Positions 1 to 9,247 of a stretch of 64,000 bases of DNA are shown in pieces. The DNA comes from a candidate division WWE3 bacterium RAAC2_WWE3_1 (GTDB taxonomy: Bacteria > Patescibacteriota > WWE3 > UBA101185 > UBA10185), in the NCBI GenBank assembly GCA_000503835.1, contig CP006914.1, positions 593,680-657,679 of the forward strand, given 5' to 3'. The position numbers and the translations under genes are program-made. Within the stretch, counting starts at the first letter, position 1, and the number at the start of each line of letters is the position of its first letter. Under the pieces are notes generated by a model. That model was not told where the DNA came from, did not search any database, and worked only from the letters and a program-made list of their open reading frames with translations.

Positions 1-1
1 C

Positions 2-3000
2 TACATACAGATCGCACCTCTTGGAGAATTCGTTGGTCAGACACATACGCAAAGGCGGTCCCTCCACATTGCGTGCCCTTATTTCCAGAATATACCCGGT
101 GTTTTGCGGTAAATACGGGAATGGAAAGGAGTCGCACACGGCATTCTCAATTGAGGAATATGTTAAAATGCCGGGCGTACCGGAAACGTTAGGCATCTCA
201 TCCTGATTTTGCAGCAAATTGCAGTACCTGTAATAATGATCCATATCCACGGCCTTGCCGCCAAAAGACATGTTCTTATCTACTTTATAAGGTTCGGACA
301 CAAAGGGCGTGAGAACCTTTTGCTCGTCAAGGATCATGGGATAAGCGACGGTGTCCCCTGCCGAATACATTTTGATGTTTTTAAACGTGGTTGCTACGGG
401 GTTATTGCTGCCCAGGGCGTTCGAGTTAAACCTGAGAAAATAATCACTGATGTTCCCTTTTAATGTGAACATGTGAACACCATCTCTGTAATAATTCTCG
501 CACAGCCCCGACTTGCTGCTGAAAACACATATTGAATAAGGGCTGGCAGGGGTCACGTCGGCCTTTATAACGTACGGATTAGAAGTGTTGCTTTCTGCAC
601 TGCTTTCCAGAATTGACGCAACCGGAAGTGTGAGACACGCCTTCAAACCACTGCCGGTCAAAGTAAATCCGTCCTCAAGCTTTTGTATTTCATAAGAACT
701 CTGACCGGAAAGGTCGCTGCAAGGCTCAAGTTCGCCGATAGAGCTCGCGGTGGACACATCAGCTTCTTTCAGAGTATAGATATCAATATTGTTGGAACCG
801 CCGATGTTGTAGTAGAAACCGATATCTTTTTTTCCGTATTCGAAGGAATTTAAAAACAATCCCCGCGGGTCACCATTGACCGACATTTCCACCGCAGAAT
901 CACCTTTAATTCCGTCAAAAACTGTCCTTGTAAGTTCTTCGCCTGAGGATATATGGTTCACAGAAAATACCAGCCCCGCATTTCCGGGAAGACGTTCAAG
1001 TGTAGCGGTCAAAGGAACGCGGGCGGATTTCTCTCCGCTCTCATCTTTGCCCGAAAGTATAGGATCTCCCGTTATAAATTTCGGGTTTATAAAAGTAAAA
1101 TCTCCCCGTTCCTCTATATACTCCTCTTTTATAGTTTCATCGGTATTGGTTATACCGACGTAAGGAAAACTTTCTTCGCCCTCGCTTATATAGGGGTTGT
1201 AGTAGGAATAAACAGTATCGTACGGCTCTTTATAAACAACATCCCCGACCGGATAGAATGTATCGAAAGTCTCAATCCTTGATAGAGGCTGCACCGGAGT
1301 ATATTCATAGACCGACAGTCCCTTTCCGAAGTCACGTGCAAGAGATATCTTCTGTGTTTTCGCGAAGAGACTTTTAATCTCGGGATAAAACAGTTGTTTG
1401 GCATCGGCCGCCGGTATCATTACCGATTCGTCCAATAGTAACCACTTTATCTTATATTTATCTAAAACATCTGTTAACAGTTCCGGATCACGTGAATACA
1501 CCGCATACGACATTTCCCTGTAGTACTGTTCGTTCAGCAGGTTCCACCTGTCAAACTCGCGGTTCATCACGGGTTGTTTGATTCCGAACCATATAAACCC
1601 CGCTCCCTGGTAACCTAAGCGCGTTGCGGGATCCCAATCGTAGTACACCCACCCCCAAAAACTATGGACGGGAAAGTCGGCCACCCTTCCGTAACCGTTC
1701 TGCGAATCAAAGTACTTGAACATTTCGAAGTATTCTTTTGGTATATCCACGCGCATTGACGGACTTATCAAATTCCCCGAAAAGGCCGGCCACATATAAT
1801 AAATTAAAACGGCGGTCACGAGGGTTAAAATGGTGCCCCTCACAAACTTGGGAAGAAGTACTCTCCTTGTAATCTTGTGGAAAAGACTTGCAAACCAACT
1901 TAAAGCGTAACCGAAAAACACGCTGTAAGCGAACATCAATCCGATCGAAAATTTTGTAAACGGGAATCTGAAGGCCTCTTTAAACAGAGGGATGGTGTTC
2001 TGCAACAGCACAAAAAGACCTCCAAACGGGGGGTTGACGTTGAAAAGGAAAAAGATGCCGATGGCGAAAAAGGCAAATGCTCCGTATCCGAATTTTTCCC
2101 TTCTTATGATTGAAGCTATTATTCCCAAACAGGCAATAACGAACAGACCGTAGCCCAGTAACAATACTCCCGGATTGCCGAGATGCCCGATCCACTCATC
2201 CAAAAGTTCGCCGTACTGTGCATCCCCCGTATGCTCCCCCCAACTGAACAAAAAACTTCTTAAAATGGTAACGTCCTGAGTACCTCCGTATTTTTTATTG
2301 GCTAAAAAGGCCTCATTAGAGAACAAACCATGTATCTTTGACATATTCACTTCTCTGCCGTGATTTGTGACAAAATAAAAATTAGGGAGCAGCCAGAAAA
2401 AATTTATAAGAATCGTGGTAAAGAATATGACCGCAACCCTTTTTATGTACTCGGGGCGCCACAACAATTTTTGAGAAAGGTCCGTTAAAAGGATGATCAA
2501 AAAGTATCCAAAAAAGTAAATGAGAAACGCATAAAATAACGTACTTGTGTGCGCCTGGGAAGATCCGAAGAGCGTAAATAGAAAAAAGGCCGTCAGATAC
2601 TTACGTTTTCCCGTCCGGTAAAACATGGAAGAAGACCACATATACCAACCTAGAAACCCAAAATGAGTCAAAAACATCTCCAGAGGAACATAAAAATTCT
2701 GAAGTGTCCCAAGATTTAGCAGATAAAAAAGGGCCCCGACGAATGCCCCCAGCAATTTGGAAGGGTTCTGGAACTTACGGAGCAGTACATCCTTGAGAAA
2801 AAAATAAACGCCGAAAGAGCCGAGAAAAAGCATTAGAAAGGCATAGGCGTAACGGATAAAATTCAGGCTGAAGAAAAGATCTATTAGAGAGATGAGCAGT
2901 ATCCTGGGAATTTCCGAGGCGTGGGATTGAGAAGCCACAGCACCCAGCCCCTGATGTTCCTGCCACACACCGCCCAAAATGCGCTGCCAGTACAGTGAAA

Positions 3001-3160
3001 GATTAAATTCGGGGTGCAGGGTGTCCCAGCCTGTTAAAAAAGTGCCCGGGGTGTAATTTTTGACCAAGATTATTAGAATTATCACGAAAAGGAGTATCGG
3101 ATAGAAACCTGTTTTCGGTAATTTTTTTGGCAACGGTAGTTTGAAAACCCTTATGTTCAC
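2..3160 (-). CDS. Large polytopic membrane protein, GT-C/AftD-like glycosyltransferase with long extracytoplasmic C-terminal region (partial, runs off window start)
   Basis: Not in the ORF track because there is no stop inside the window. Manual translation from GTG at 3160 is open to base 2: MNIRVFKLPLPKKLPKTGFYPILLFVIILIILVKNYTPGTFLTGWDTLHPEFN...WQEHQGLG...many TM segments...FKEAFRFPFTKF...FWGWVYYDW. Confidence 0.75.
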   Translation of the reverse strand, partial: MNIRVFKLPLPKKLPKTGFYPILLFVIILIILVKNYTPGTFLTGWDTLHPEFNLSLYWQRILGGVWQEHQGLGAVASQSHASEIPRILLISLIDLFFSLNFIRYAYAFLMLFLGSFGVYFFLKDVLLRKFQNPSKLLGAFVGALFYLLNLGTLQNFYVPLEMFLTHFGFLGWYMWSSSMFYRTGKRKYLTAFFLFTLFGSSQAHTSTLFYAFLIYFFGYFLIILLTDLSQKLLWRPEYIKRVAVIFFTTILINFFWLLPNFYFVTNHGREVNMSKIHGLFSNEAFLANKKYGGTQDVTILRSFLFSWGEHTGDAQYGELLDEWIGHLGNPGVLLLGYGLFVIACLGIIASIIRREKFGYGAFAFFAIGIFFLFNVNPPFGGLFVLLQNTIPLFKEAFRFPFTKFSIGLMFAYSVFFGYALSWFASLFHKITRRVLLPKFVRGTILTLVTAVLIYYMWPAFSGNLISPSMRVDIPKEYFEMFKYFDSQNGYGRVADFPVHSFWGWVYYDWDPATRLGYQGAGFIWFGIKQPVMNREFDRWNLLNEQYYREMSYAVYSRDPELLTDVLDKYKIKWLLLDESVMIPAADAKQLFYPEIKSLFAKTQKISLARDFGKGLSVYEYTPVQPLSRIETFDTFYPVGDVVYKEPYDTVYSYYNPYISEGEESFPYVGITNTDETIKEEYIEERGDFTFINPKFITGDPILSGKDESGEKSARVPLTATLERLPGNAGLVFSVNHISSGEELTRTVFDGIKGDSAVEMSVNGDPRGLFLNSFEYGKKDIGFYYNIGGSNNIDIYTLKEADVSTASSIGELEPCSDLSGQSSYEIQKLEDGFTLTGSGLKACLTLPVASILESSAESNTSNPYVIKADVTPASPYSICVFSSKSGLCENYYRDGVHMFTLKGNISDYFLRFNSNALGSNNPVATTFKNIKMYSAGDTVAYPMILDEQKVLTPFVSEPYKVDKNMSFGGKAVDMDHYYRYCNLLQNQDEMPNVSGTPGILTYSSIENAVCDSFPFPYLPQNTGYILEIRARNVEGPPLRMCLTNEFSKRCDLYV

Positions 3161-3223
3161 CCCCCAAGTATAGGTTTTATGAGGGATTTGGGCAATTGCA
3201 GATGTGTAAAACCCGGCCGCCCG

Positions 3224-3274
3224 AAAAAAAACGGTATCAGGGGTGGATTAAGATCCAACTACCCGATACCGTTT
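3224..3274 (-). terminator. Intrinsic terminator-like long hairpin after 3280..4266
   Basis: Arms AAACGGTATC/GATACCGTTT with inner GGAT/ATCC, followed by a T-run on the minus strand. Confidence 0.6.
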
Positions 3275-3279
3275 GAAAC

Positions 3280-4266
3280 TCAGCGGAGTATAAGAGGCAG
3301 AAATACCTCGTATTTCCCGTTCTTTCCATTCGTAACAATGGCCGCCCAGCTGTGATCCTGTTCTTCGCCATCAGCATTAACCGAGACGTTTACAGATTTC
3401 CCGGGTAATTCGAGAGGTTCCAGCTGGTAAATTACAATCTCGGCTTTATCACCAACTATCTCCAGATCGAAATACCAGACACCGTTCTGCCAGGTTTGTT
3501 CTCCTACCAGCCGGCCGAAAACAACCACGGGAATTACATTCTCAGCGGTCATTTTAACGTGAATTACGTCTCCGTCTGTTCCGTATGTAGTAACTACAAA
3601 ATCGAACGGAAGCAGCGTGGTAACGTTCAGTTCATCGCCGCTCATCGCCGCGTGCCAACCGTTATCACCGGTATTTATACCCCCGGAGAGAGTTACACGG
3701 GAGGAAACCGGTGTGGCGGTAGGTGGAACCTCCGTGGGCATTGGAGTCAGGGACGCAACGGCGGTCGGTTCCAAAGTTGCTGTTGGTGTATCGGTACTCG
3801 TGGAAACGGGTGTGCCGGTGACAATAGGAGTTGGTGTCGGGGGAGGCGGTTCGGGCAAAATACATTTTCCATCCACCGGGGATGAAACTACGATATGTCC
3901 GGATTCCTCAATAAACACACACTCGGCCGGGGCTAACCCGGCGGTCAACTCATCTACTCTACTTTGCGGTGGGTAATACCCACCCTCGTAGTAGCATCCC
4001 CACGTGTTATTAAGGGGAACACCACCCAGAGCAAATGGCGCGTGTCCGAAAACAAGAGCTCTTCCGATGAGACCGTACGATTCAGTTTCCGTTACCACAA
4101 TTGACTGATCAGTCGATAACCACAATGCCCCTTCTCCAAGCGGTCCCGGAACATCGACCAGCGTATAGTGATTACAACTGGACTCCTGGTAACTTTCAGC
4201 GAAAACCGCTCCCGCGGTTATTGCGACAATGAACAAGACAGTGAAAACAACGATTTTTGCGTTCAT
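3280..4266 (-). CDS. Secreted protein with Pro/Thr-rich linker and C-terminal VFLPLILR motif
   Basis: Signal peptide MNAKIVVFTVLFIVAITAGAVFA; linker PPPTPTPIVTGTP...PTATP; ends YEVFLPLILR; SD AAGGAGAG upstream. Confidence 0.8.
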   Translation of the reverse strand: MNAKIVVFTVLFIVAITAGAVFAESYQESSCNHYTLVDVPGPLGEGALWLSTDQSIVVTETESYGLIGRALVFGHAPFALGGVPLNNTWGCYYEGGYYPPQSRVDELTAGLAPAECVFIEESGHIVVSSPVDGKCILPEPPPPTPTPIVTGTPVSTSTDTPTATLEPTAVASLTPMPTEVPPTATPVSSRVTLSGGINTGDNGWHAAMSGDELNVTTLLPFDFVVTTYGTDGDVIHVKMTAENVIPVVVFGRLVGEQTWQNGVWYFDLEIVGDKAEIVIYQLEPLELPGKSVNVSVNADGEEQDHSWAAIVTNGKNGKYEVFLPLILR

Positions 4267-4341
4267 TTTGCTCTCCTTTATTTTAGGATTACGTATCGGA
4301 AATTGGGGCTAGTTTACAACGAAAAGGCTCTAAAGTCAAAA

Positions 4342-6672
4342 CTATAGGATTTCTGTCAGAGGGTAAAAACAGATGGCGTTGCCGTCATAACAAATGAAAA
4401 AATCCCACATTTTGTCGAATCCTCTGATAACCTGTCGCTTGCTTGTAACCTCGATCTGAATCAAGTCCTGCAGAGGGATGGAAACACTGCTTTTGTCTTT
4501 ATTCAGAACCGCAGACTCCCATTTCCACTTATTATAGGCGTAAGCTACATAAACCGAGTCCGAGGAATCGGCAAGAGTAACGTTCACTACTCCATCACCT
4601 AAAGCCACTTCTACGGAACCGTCGAAGGCCGTAAAGGGGGTAAAAACATTTTTCGGCGCCAACCTTCCTGAATAATAAACATAGGTGTCGTACGAACCGC
4701 GAAGCAGATCGTCGTATTTGCCGTCCCTTATAAAGTGCTGGTCAAAATATCTCCACCCGTGCAACTCCTTGATGTTCATTTCCTGCGCCGGCAAATCAAT
4801 CCTGACCCTACTCACCCCCTCCAGACTAAGTCTCATCTGGTTTCCCCCGCCTTCGGGGTAATTTATATCCACAAACTCCCCGTTGTCTTTGTAGAATCTG
4901 ACATTAAAAGATTTGCGCGGCAGCAGTTCGCGGTCAAGGATCAGGTTATTTCCCATGTAAATCCTAAGATGTTCCTGAGAAAGCGCCGGGTTGTTGTATT
5001 TAAGGTAGTCGCTCCTTCTGAAAAGGTACAAAACATTTCCATCCGGAAGATCGAACGACTGAGACAGCTCAAATTCAGGATGGCGGCCATCTAAAAAATA
5101 GGACACCAATTGTCTTAATACAGCAATATTTCTAAGTCCGGGAGGCCCTGGATCCTTTGGAATAATGGCAAAATCTATAGTTGCAAGGTAATTTGCAAGT
5201 TCTTCGTCACTTAATTGGTCGGGGCGGTTGTAGGGAATTTGTAAGTTCATTTCGAAATAGCGGTTTTCGAGCAAATACATGTCAAAGGAGGCTATAGAGT
5301 AAAATCTGTTGTCCGACACTTCTAAAACCCTGTATTTTCCGTGGATGTTCGGTTCGTCATTGGCCAGTGTGTTGATTGTGTGAACTATCGTTTCTCCTTT
5401 CCAATCCTTACCGTTATATGCGTACGAATAAGGTTCCGCTACCCAGGTAAGCCTGTATCCGGGTCCGGCAAAAAGCGTTGAAATAAAATAGAGGTTCTTA
5501 GGCAACGTCTGATATTGGTTGAATGAGAAGAAAAAGTAGTAGAAAAAGAGGTAGAAAAGATAAATTCCTATCCCGATGTTCGGAAGTTTCTTTGTAGGTC
5601 TCATCGTAAAAAAACACGCTATCGTAAAGGCAAAAAGCGGAGTCAAGGGAAGAATGTACCTCAGATCTTTGTTTTGAATCAGTGTCAATACGAAATATGG
5701 AATGACGGTCGCCCAAAGGATATATCTGCCCATGTTCCTGTTCTGCTTAAAAAGGAAGCTCACGGACACTATGAACAAAAGTATAGAGATTATCCCGATC
5801 TGATGCGTCGTCGAGAGCTTGATGTAATGGAAAAAACTTTCGAAGCTCAGAACCTCAGAAGGATCGCCGGCATCCGCCGTAGATGAAATCTGAACGTTTT
5901 GGATAATGGTTTTGAAATTAACAACGTACCAGGGAGCCGCAACCACCAATACGATGAGCCCGCCCACGACCAGATTCGTCCACCTGTTTCTATCGTGTAA
6001 AACCTTTGCTTTAAAAGGCGAATAAAAAACGTGATAAAGGAAAGGGAAAGCAAGAAATACGAACGCGTACCACTTAGTGAGCTGAGCAAAAGCTAAAAGA
6101 AGAAAGAACAGCACCGAATGGTATTTATCAATAAGACCGCGGGACTTGATCAAATGGTAAAAGGCGCCTAACAAAAGGGCGGTAAGCGGAACATCCAGAT
6201 GGTACTGCCTGCTCTGTTCCCAGACCTGGGGAAAAAGTGAAAAAATTAACACGGCCAGTAAGGCCGTCTTTTTGTTCTGAGTAACTTCTTTAACTAGAAG
6301 GTACAAATATATCTGGGCGATGACTAAAAATCCTGTTCCCAGCATGAGAGCAAATTCATAATTTCTTCCAATCGTTAAAAATATGAGACTGCCCAAAAAA
6401 TGCAGAAACGGCGGGTAATACGTCGAAACCCGGATCAACGAGATTAGGTTGACGTGGCCGCCAAGAAACTCGGGAATCCTGTCCGCATAAATGTAAGAAA
6501 GAACTATGTGCCCCGCACTATCCCAGGTCGGGGGTGCTGTATTTATAAACTGCCATATTATATTCAGCGTAATATTGAAAATGATAATTAAGGCCAAAAT
6601 TAACGCATATTTATTAGAAAAAAAGGTTCTTATCTTCTCCGAAAGTTTCTCCGGAAGCTTCGTAGTTTCCAT
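4342..6672 (-). CDS. GT-C superfamily (ArnT/PMT-like) membrane glycosyltransferase
   Basis: PPTWDSAGH, YYPPFLH, many TM helices, NKDLRYILPL; start moved to ATG 6672 (METTK). Confidence 0.8.
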   Translation of the reverse strand: METTKLPEKLSEKIRTFFSNKYALILALIIIFNITLNIIWQFINTAPPTWDSAGHIVLSYIYADRIPEFLGGHVNLISLIRVSTYYPPFLHFLGSLIFLTIGRNYEFALMLGTGFLVIAQIYLYLLVKEVTQNKKTALLAVLIFSLFPQVWEQSRQYHLDVPLTALLLGAFYHLIKSRGLIDKYHSVLFFLLLAFAQLTKWYAFVFLAFPFLYHVFYSPFKAKVLHDRNRWTNLVVGGLIVLVVAAPWYVVNFKTIIQNVQISSTADAGDPSEVLSFESFFHYIKLSTTHQIGIISILLFIVSVSFLFKQNRNMGRYILWATVIPYFVLTLIQNKDLRYILPLTPLFAFTIACFFTMRPTKKLPNIGIGIYLFYLFFYYFFFSFNQYQTLPKNLYFISTLFAGPGYRLTWVAEPYSYAYNGKDWKGETIVHTINTLANDEPNIHGKYRVLEVSDNRFYSIASFDMYLLENRYFEMNLQIPYNRPDQLSDEELANYLATIDFAIIPKDPGPPGLRNIAVLRQLVSYFLDGRHPEFELSQSFDLPDGNVLYLFRRSDYLKYNNPALSQEHLRIYMGNNLILDRELLPRKSFNVRFYKDNGEFVDINYPEGGGNQMRLSLEGVSRVRIDLPAQEMNIKELHGWRYFDQHFIRDGKYDDLLRGSYDTYVYYSGRLAPKNVFTPFTAFDGSVEVALGDGVVNVTLADSSDSVYVAYAYNKWKWESAVLNKDKSSVSIPLQDLIQIEVTSKRQVIRGFDKMWDFFICYDGNAICFYPLTEIL

Positions 6673-6715
6673 TGATATTATGGTAGCACGTTGGTGTTGG
6701 GGGGTTAAGAGGCAC

Positions 6716-6734
6716 AAAAAAACCGCTTGCGCGG
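6716..6734 (-). terminator. Intrinsic terminator
   Basis: Minus strand CCGC-GCAA-GCGG followed by T7. Confidence 0.6.
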
Positions 6735-6832
6735 ACTAAAAAACGTACCGGAGGATGCAGCTCTTGAATCAAAGTCTTGTTAGACAATGTTTCTTGATTC
6801 TGCGATCCTCCGGCGTGGTGCGGATGTGGGAA

Positions 6833-7681
6833 CTACTTAAGCTTGAATATCTCCCCGGTGCTCAAAATTGCAAACGCAACGGGCTTCTTCTCGGTAGCTT
6901 GCTTTTCAGCAAGTTTGGCTTTGAGAACGTCGTCGAGCACCTCATCAGTCGGGACGATGAATTTCTCCATCCAGACATTGAAATGCTCATTCTGATCGTT
7001 CCACCCGGTCGTGATAGCGATTGAGTTGGGTTCGGTCGTAATAAATCCGGCGACAAAACCCTTATCAGGGAACGGATAATCTACCTGCTTGGCATTGGCA
7101 TTACCGGCATCGGACGAAATAATAACGACGAAAACGGGTTTGCCGTTTTCCTTTATAATTCCATCCCAGTCACGTTTATCTTCCATTGGAAGAGTGACTG
7201 TCCCGGTAGTTACTTGCGGCCATCCGGTAGGTTTGACTTCCCATCCCGTGATAAACTCGCCACCCCCTACTTGAGTCACCGTCATAATGACGGGGAGAGA
7301 GGCAGTGGTCTGAGCTTGCGCTACGGTCTTTGGCTGTTCAACAGCAACCGGAGCAGCAGGAACTTCGGCGTCAGCGGCAGGCTTTGCGGCCTCAGCAACC
7401 ACGACGGCGGGCGCAACAGGTTCCAGCGCAGCTGCCTTTGAAACACTGTTCGCAAAAAGCAGGCCCACGACCACCAATGTGGCGAAGAGAACAATAGCCA
7501 AGGAGCCCACAACGATAATCGCGGTGCGATCGCTGTTGCGGGAAACGGGCTTAACCTCTTCGACCACTTCGGCGGGTTCAACCACTTCTGCTTCGACCAC
7601 TTCGGCGGGTTCAACCGCGGGGTCTTCGTCGAACGCTACCAACGGTACATCCTTTTTCTTATTACGTTTCCAGAATGCCAT
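6833..7681 (-). CDS. Single-pass membrane ORFan with acidic EPAEVV repeats and Ala/Pro/Val-rich stalk
   Basis: 282 aa ORF, one TM (AIIVVGSLAIVLFATLVVVGLLF), SD AAGGAGGTG upstream. Confidence 0.75.
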   Translation of the reverse strand: MAFWKRNKKKDVPLVAFDEDPAVEPAEVVEAEVVEPAEVVEEVKPVSRNSDRTAIIVVGSLAIVLFATLVVVGLLFANSVSKAAALEPVAPAVVVAEAAKPAADAEVPAAPVAVEQPKTVAQAQTTASLPVIMTVTQVGGGEFITGWEVKPTGWPQVTTGTVTLPMEDKRDWDGIIKENGKPVFVVIISSDAGNANAKQVDYPFPDKGFVAGFITTEPNSIAITTGWNDQNEHFNVWMEKFIVPTDEVLDDVLKAKLAEKQATEKKPVAFAILSTGEIFKLK

Positions 7682-8112
7682 TTCACACCTCCTTCAAGGT
7701 TCGGGCTTGGCTGCCCTTTGATTAGAAGATTTTTTTGAAAACAACTGGGTCCCACACCCCTTCTACACACATCCAGGTAAATTAGATATGCACAAAAGGG
7801 GTGCAAGATCCCGGAACGGAATAACCGCAAAGGTTAAACCGGCCTAATCAAATAGTCCTTTATAGAGGATTCCCACACTACACCTTGTCAAAGTACTTTC
7901 ACCGGAATATTTACCGGCAAAAAGCAGTTTAATAAACTGCTAGTTAATATGCTTCGTGGGCACATGAATCAACAGTTTAAGTAAATTTTGTATTCTGGGA
8001 GATTTGCCTGAAATTAGGCGGTTGTACGTCTCCTTCCAGAACACACTAGATAGTAACAAATCCCCGTCCTTTTGTCAAAACTATGGGACGTTAGGGAAGA
8101 AATATAAAAAGT

Positions 8113-8158
8113 CGGCCTGCAGATGTTTGTTGTGTTTATTTGATACCATCTGCAGACC
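8113..8158 (-). terminator. Hairpin/terminator after 8168..8503
   Basis: Arms CTGCAGATG/CATCTGCAG followed by a T-run on the minus strand. Confidence 0.5.
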
Positions 8159-8167
8159 TTTCAAAAA

Positions 8168-8503
8168 TTACTTTACTCTCCCGCGGGCACGTACACCGGA
8201 CTTGGAGGAGGTTTTAGCAGCAGCTTCCTTCTTCAAGCTTTCTTCCGCTTCTTTTGCCTTCCTCTCTTCCTCAGCCCTTGCGGCGAGGTTTTTGTCCCTC
8301 AGAGATCTAAGAAAAGCTCCCAGCAACAATCCTCCGGTCTGCACCAAAATGTTCCCGACATTCAGGTACTTTACAAAGAGTTGAGGATACGCTAAGGCTC
8401 CCAAGATAAGAAGGACAAAATATACGACCAAAAGAACCAAAACCCATTTAATTCGGATAATGTACCCGATTAACGCCGAGATTAAAAAATCAAAAACAAA
8501 CAT
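8168..8503 (-). CDS. Small membrane protein with charged C-terminal tail
   Basis: 111 aa, hydrophobic N-terminal half, SD AAAGGAGAGG. Confidence 0.7.
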   Translation of the reverse strand: MFVFDFLISALIGYIIRIKWVLVLLVVYFVLLILGALAYPQLFVKYLNVGNILVQTGGLLLGAFLRSLRDKNLAARAEEERKAKEAEESLKKEAAAKTSSKSGVRARGRVK

Positions 8504-8697
8504 GTCACCTCTCCTTTGTTAGTAGTTGTTTCTTGCTGTTCGGATAATACCATACACTATAAGTCATGTCTACTTCCCGAGAGGTTAATACTTATGACGC
8601 ATCTCAGGAAATCCACGGTTAAAGGAAAAGGCTACAAAATGAACAAATAAATAATGCATCAGAAAACAGACAGACGTGACGCGGAAATCTTCCCAAA

Positions 8698-8832
8698 TTA
8701 AACCAAAAACTTCCTCAAAGCCTCCTCAATCAGCTCTCCCAAGGTCATATCATTTTGTATAGCGTGAACCTGAGCAAGCTTTTTAAGTGTCCTGTCAAGC
8801 AAAACTGTCGTCTTTATTTTGCTGTTATCCAT
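8698..8832 (-). CDS. 44-aa ribbon-helix-helix (CopG/Arc/MetJ-like) DNA-binding protein
   Basis: Below the track cutoff. Manual translation MDNSKIKTTVLLDRTLKKLAQVHAIQNDMTLGELIEEALRKFLV shows beta-strand plus two-helix pattern; SD AAAGGAGG 6 nt upstream. Confidence 0.75.
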   Translation of the reverse strand: MDNSKIKTTVLLDRTLKKLAQVHAIQNDMTLGELIEEALRKFLV

Positions 8833-8851
8833 TCAGAACCTCCTTTATTAA

Positions 8852-8879
8852 ATATCCACATTCCTAAAAGTTATCCACA
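8852..8879 (+). promoter_or_regulatory. Two DnaA-box-like sequences
   Basis: Perfect TTATCCACA at 8871-8879 and one-mismatch ATATCCACA at 8852-8860. Confidence 0.4.
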
Positions 8880-9134
8880 CGCAATTTCTAACTTATAGGA
8901 TGAAACAACATTCATCTAATACATATAACTGTACAACAGTACGTACTTCCATAACAGCAATGCACATAAGAACTTAACTACAAACTCCGCAGTCCTCCAT
9001 AAAAATACGGGTGTCAGACTAACAACCATCGCTTGTTACGCGTGATAAATAATATAAAGTTTATATAAATCATGCTTCGGCTGCTCTGAAGCATGGACTT
9101 ATTGCAATCCTAGATTGCAAAAAAACGCTTCGAC

Positions 9135-9188
9135 AAAAAACACTCTGCGGTCGCCGCTATTTATGTCGCTTCTGGTGGAGTGTTTTTT
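9135..9188. terminator. Bidirectional terminator-like hairpin after the clpC-radA-PIN/TRAM operon
   Basis: Arms AAAAAACACTC/GAGTGTTTTTT. Confidence 0.5.
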
Positions 9189-9247
9189 TGTGCTCCCATA
9201 CACTTTTCATACCGGAAAATTTTGCGCTATAAGTCTCAGGGCTCTGA

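Noticed and set aside
21-2966. Short track ORFs in the first 3 kb
   Set aside because: All lie within the long minus-strand ORF 2-3160, which explains the region
8833-9247. Chromosomal origin oriC
   Set aside because: Only one perfect DnaA box, no dnaA/dnaN nearby and no switch in gene orientation here
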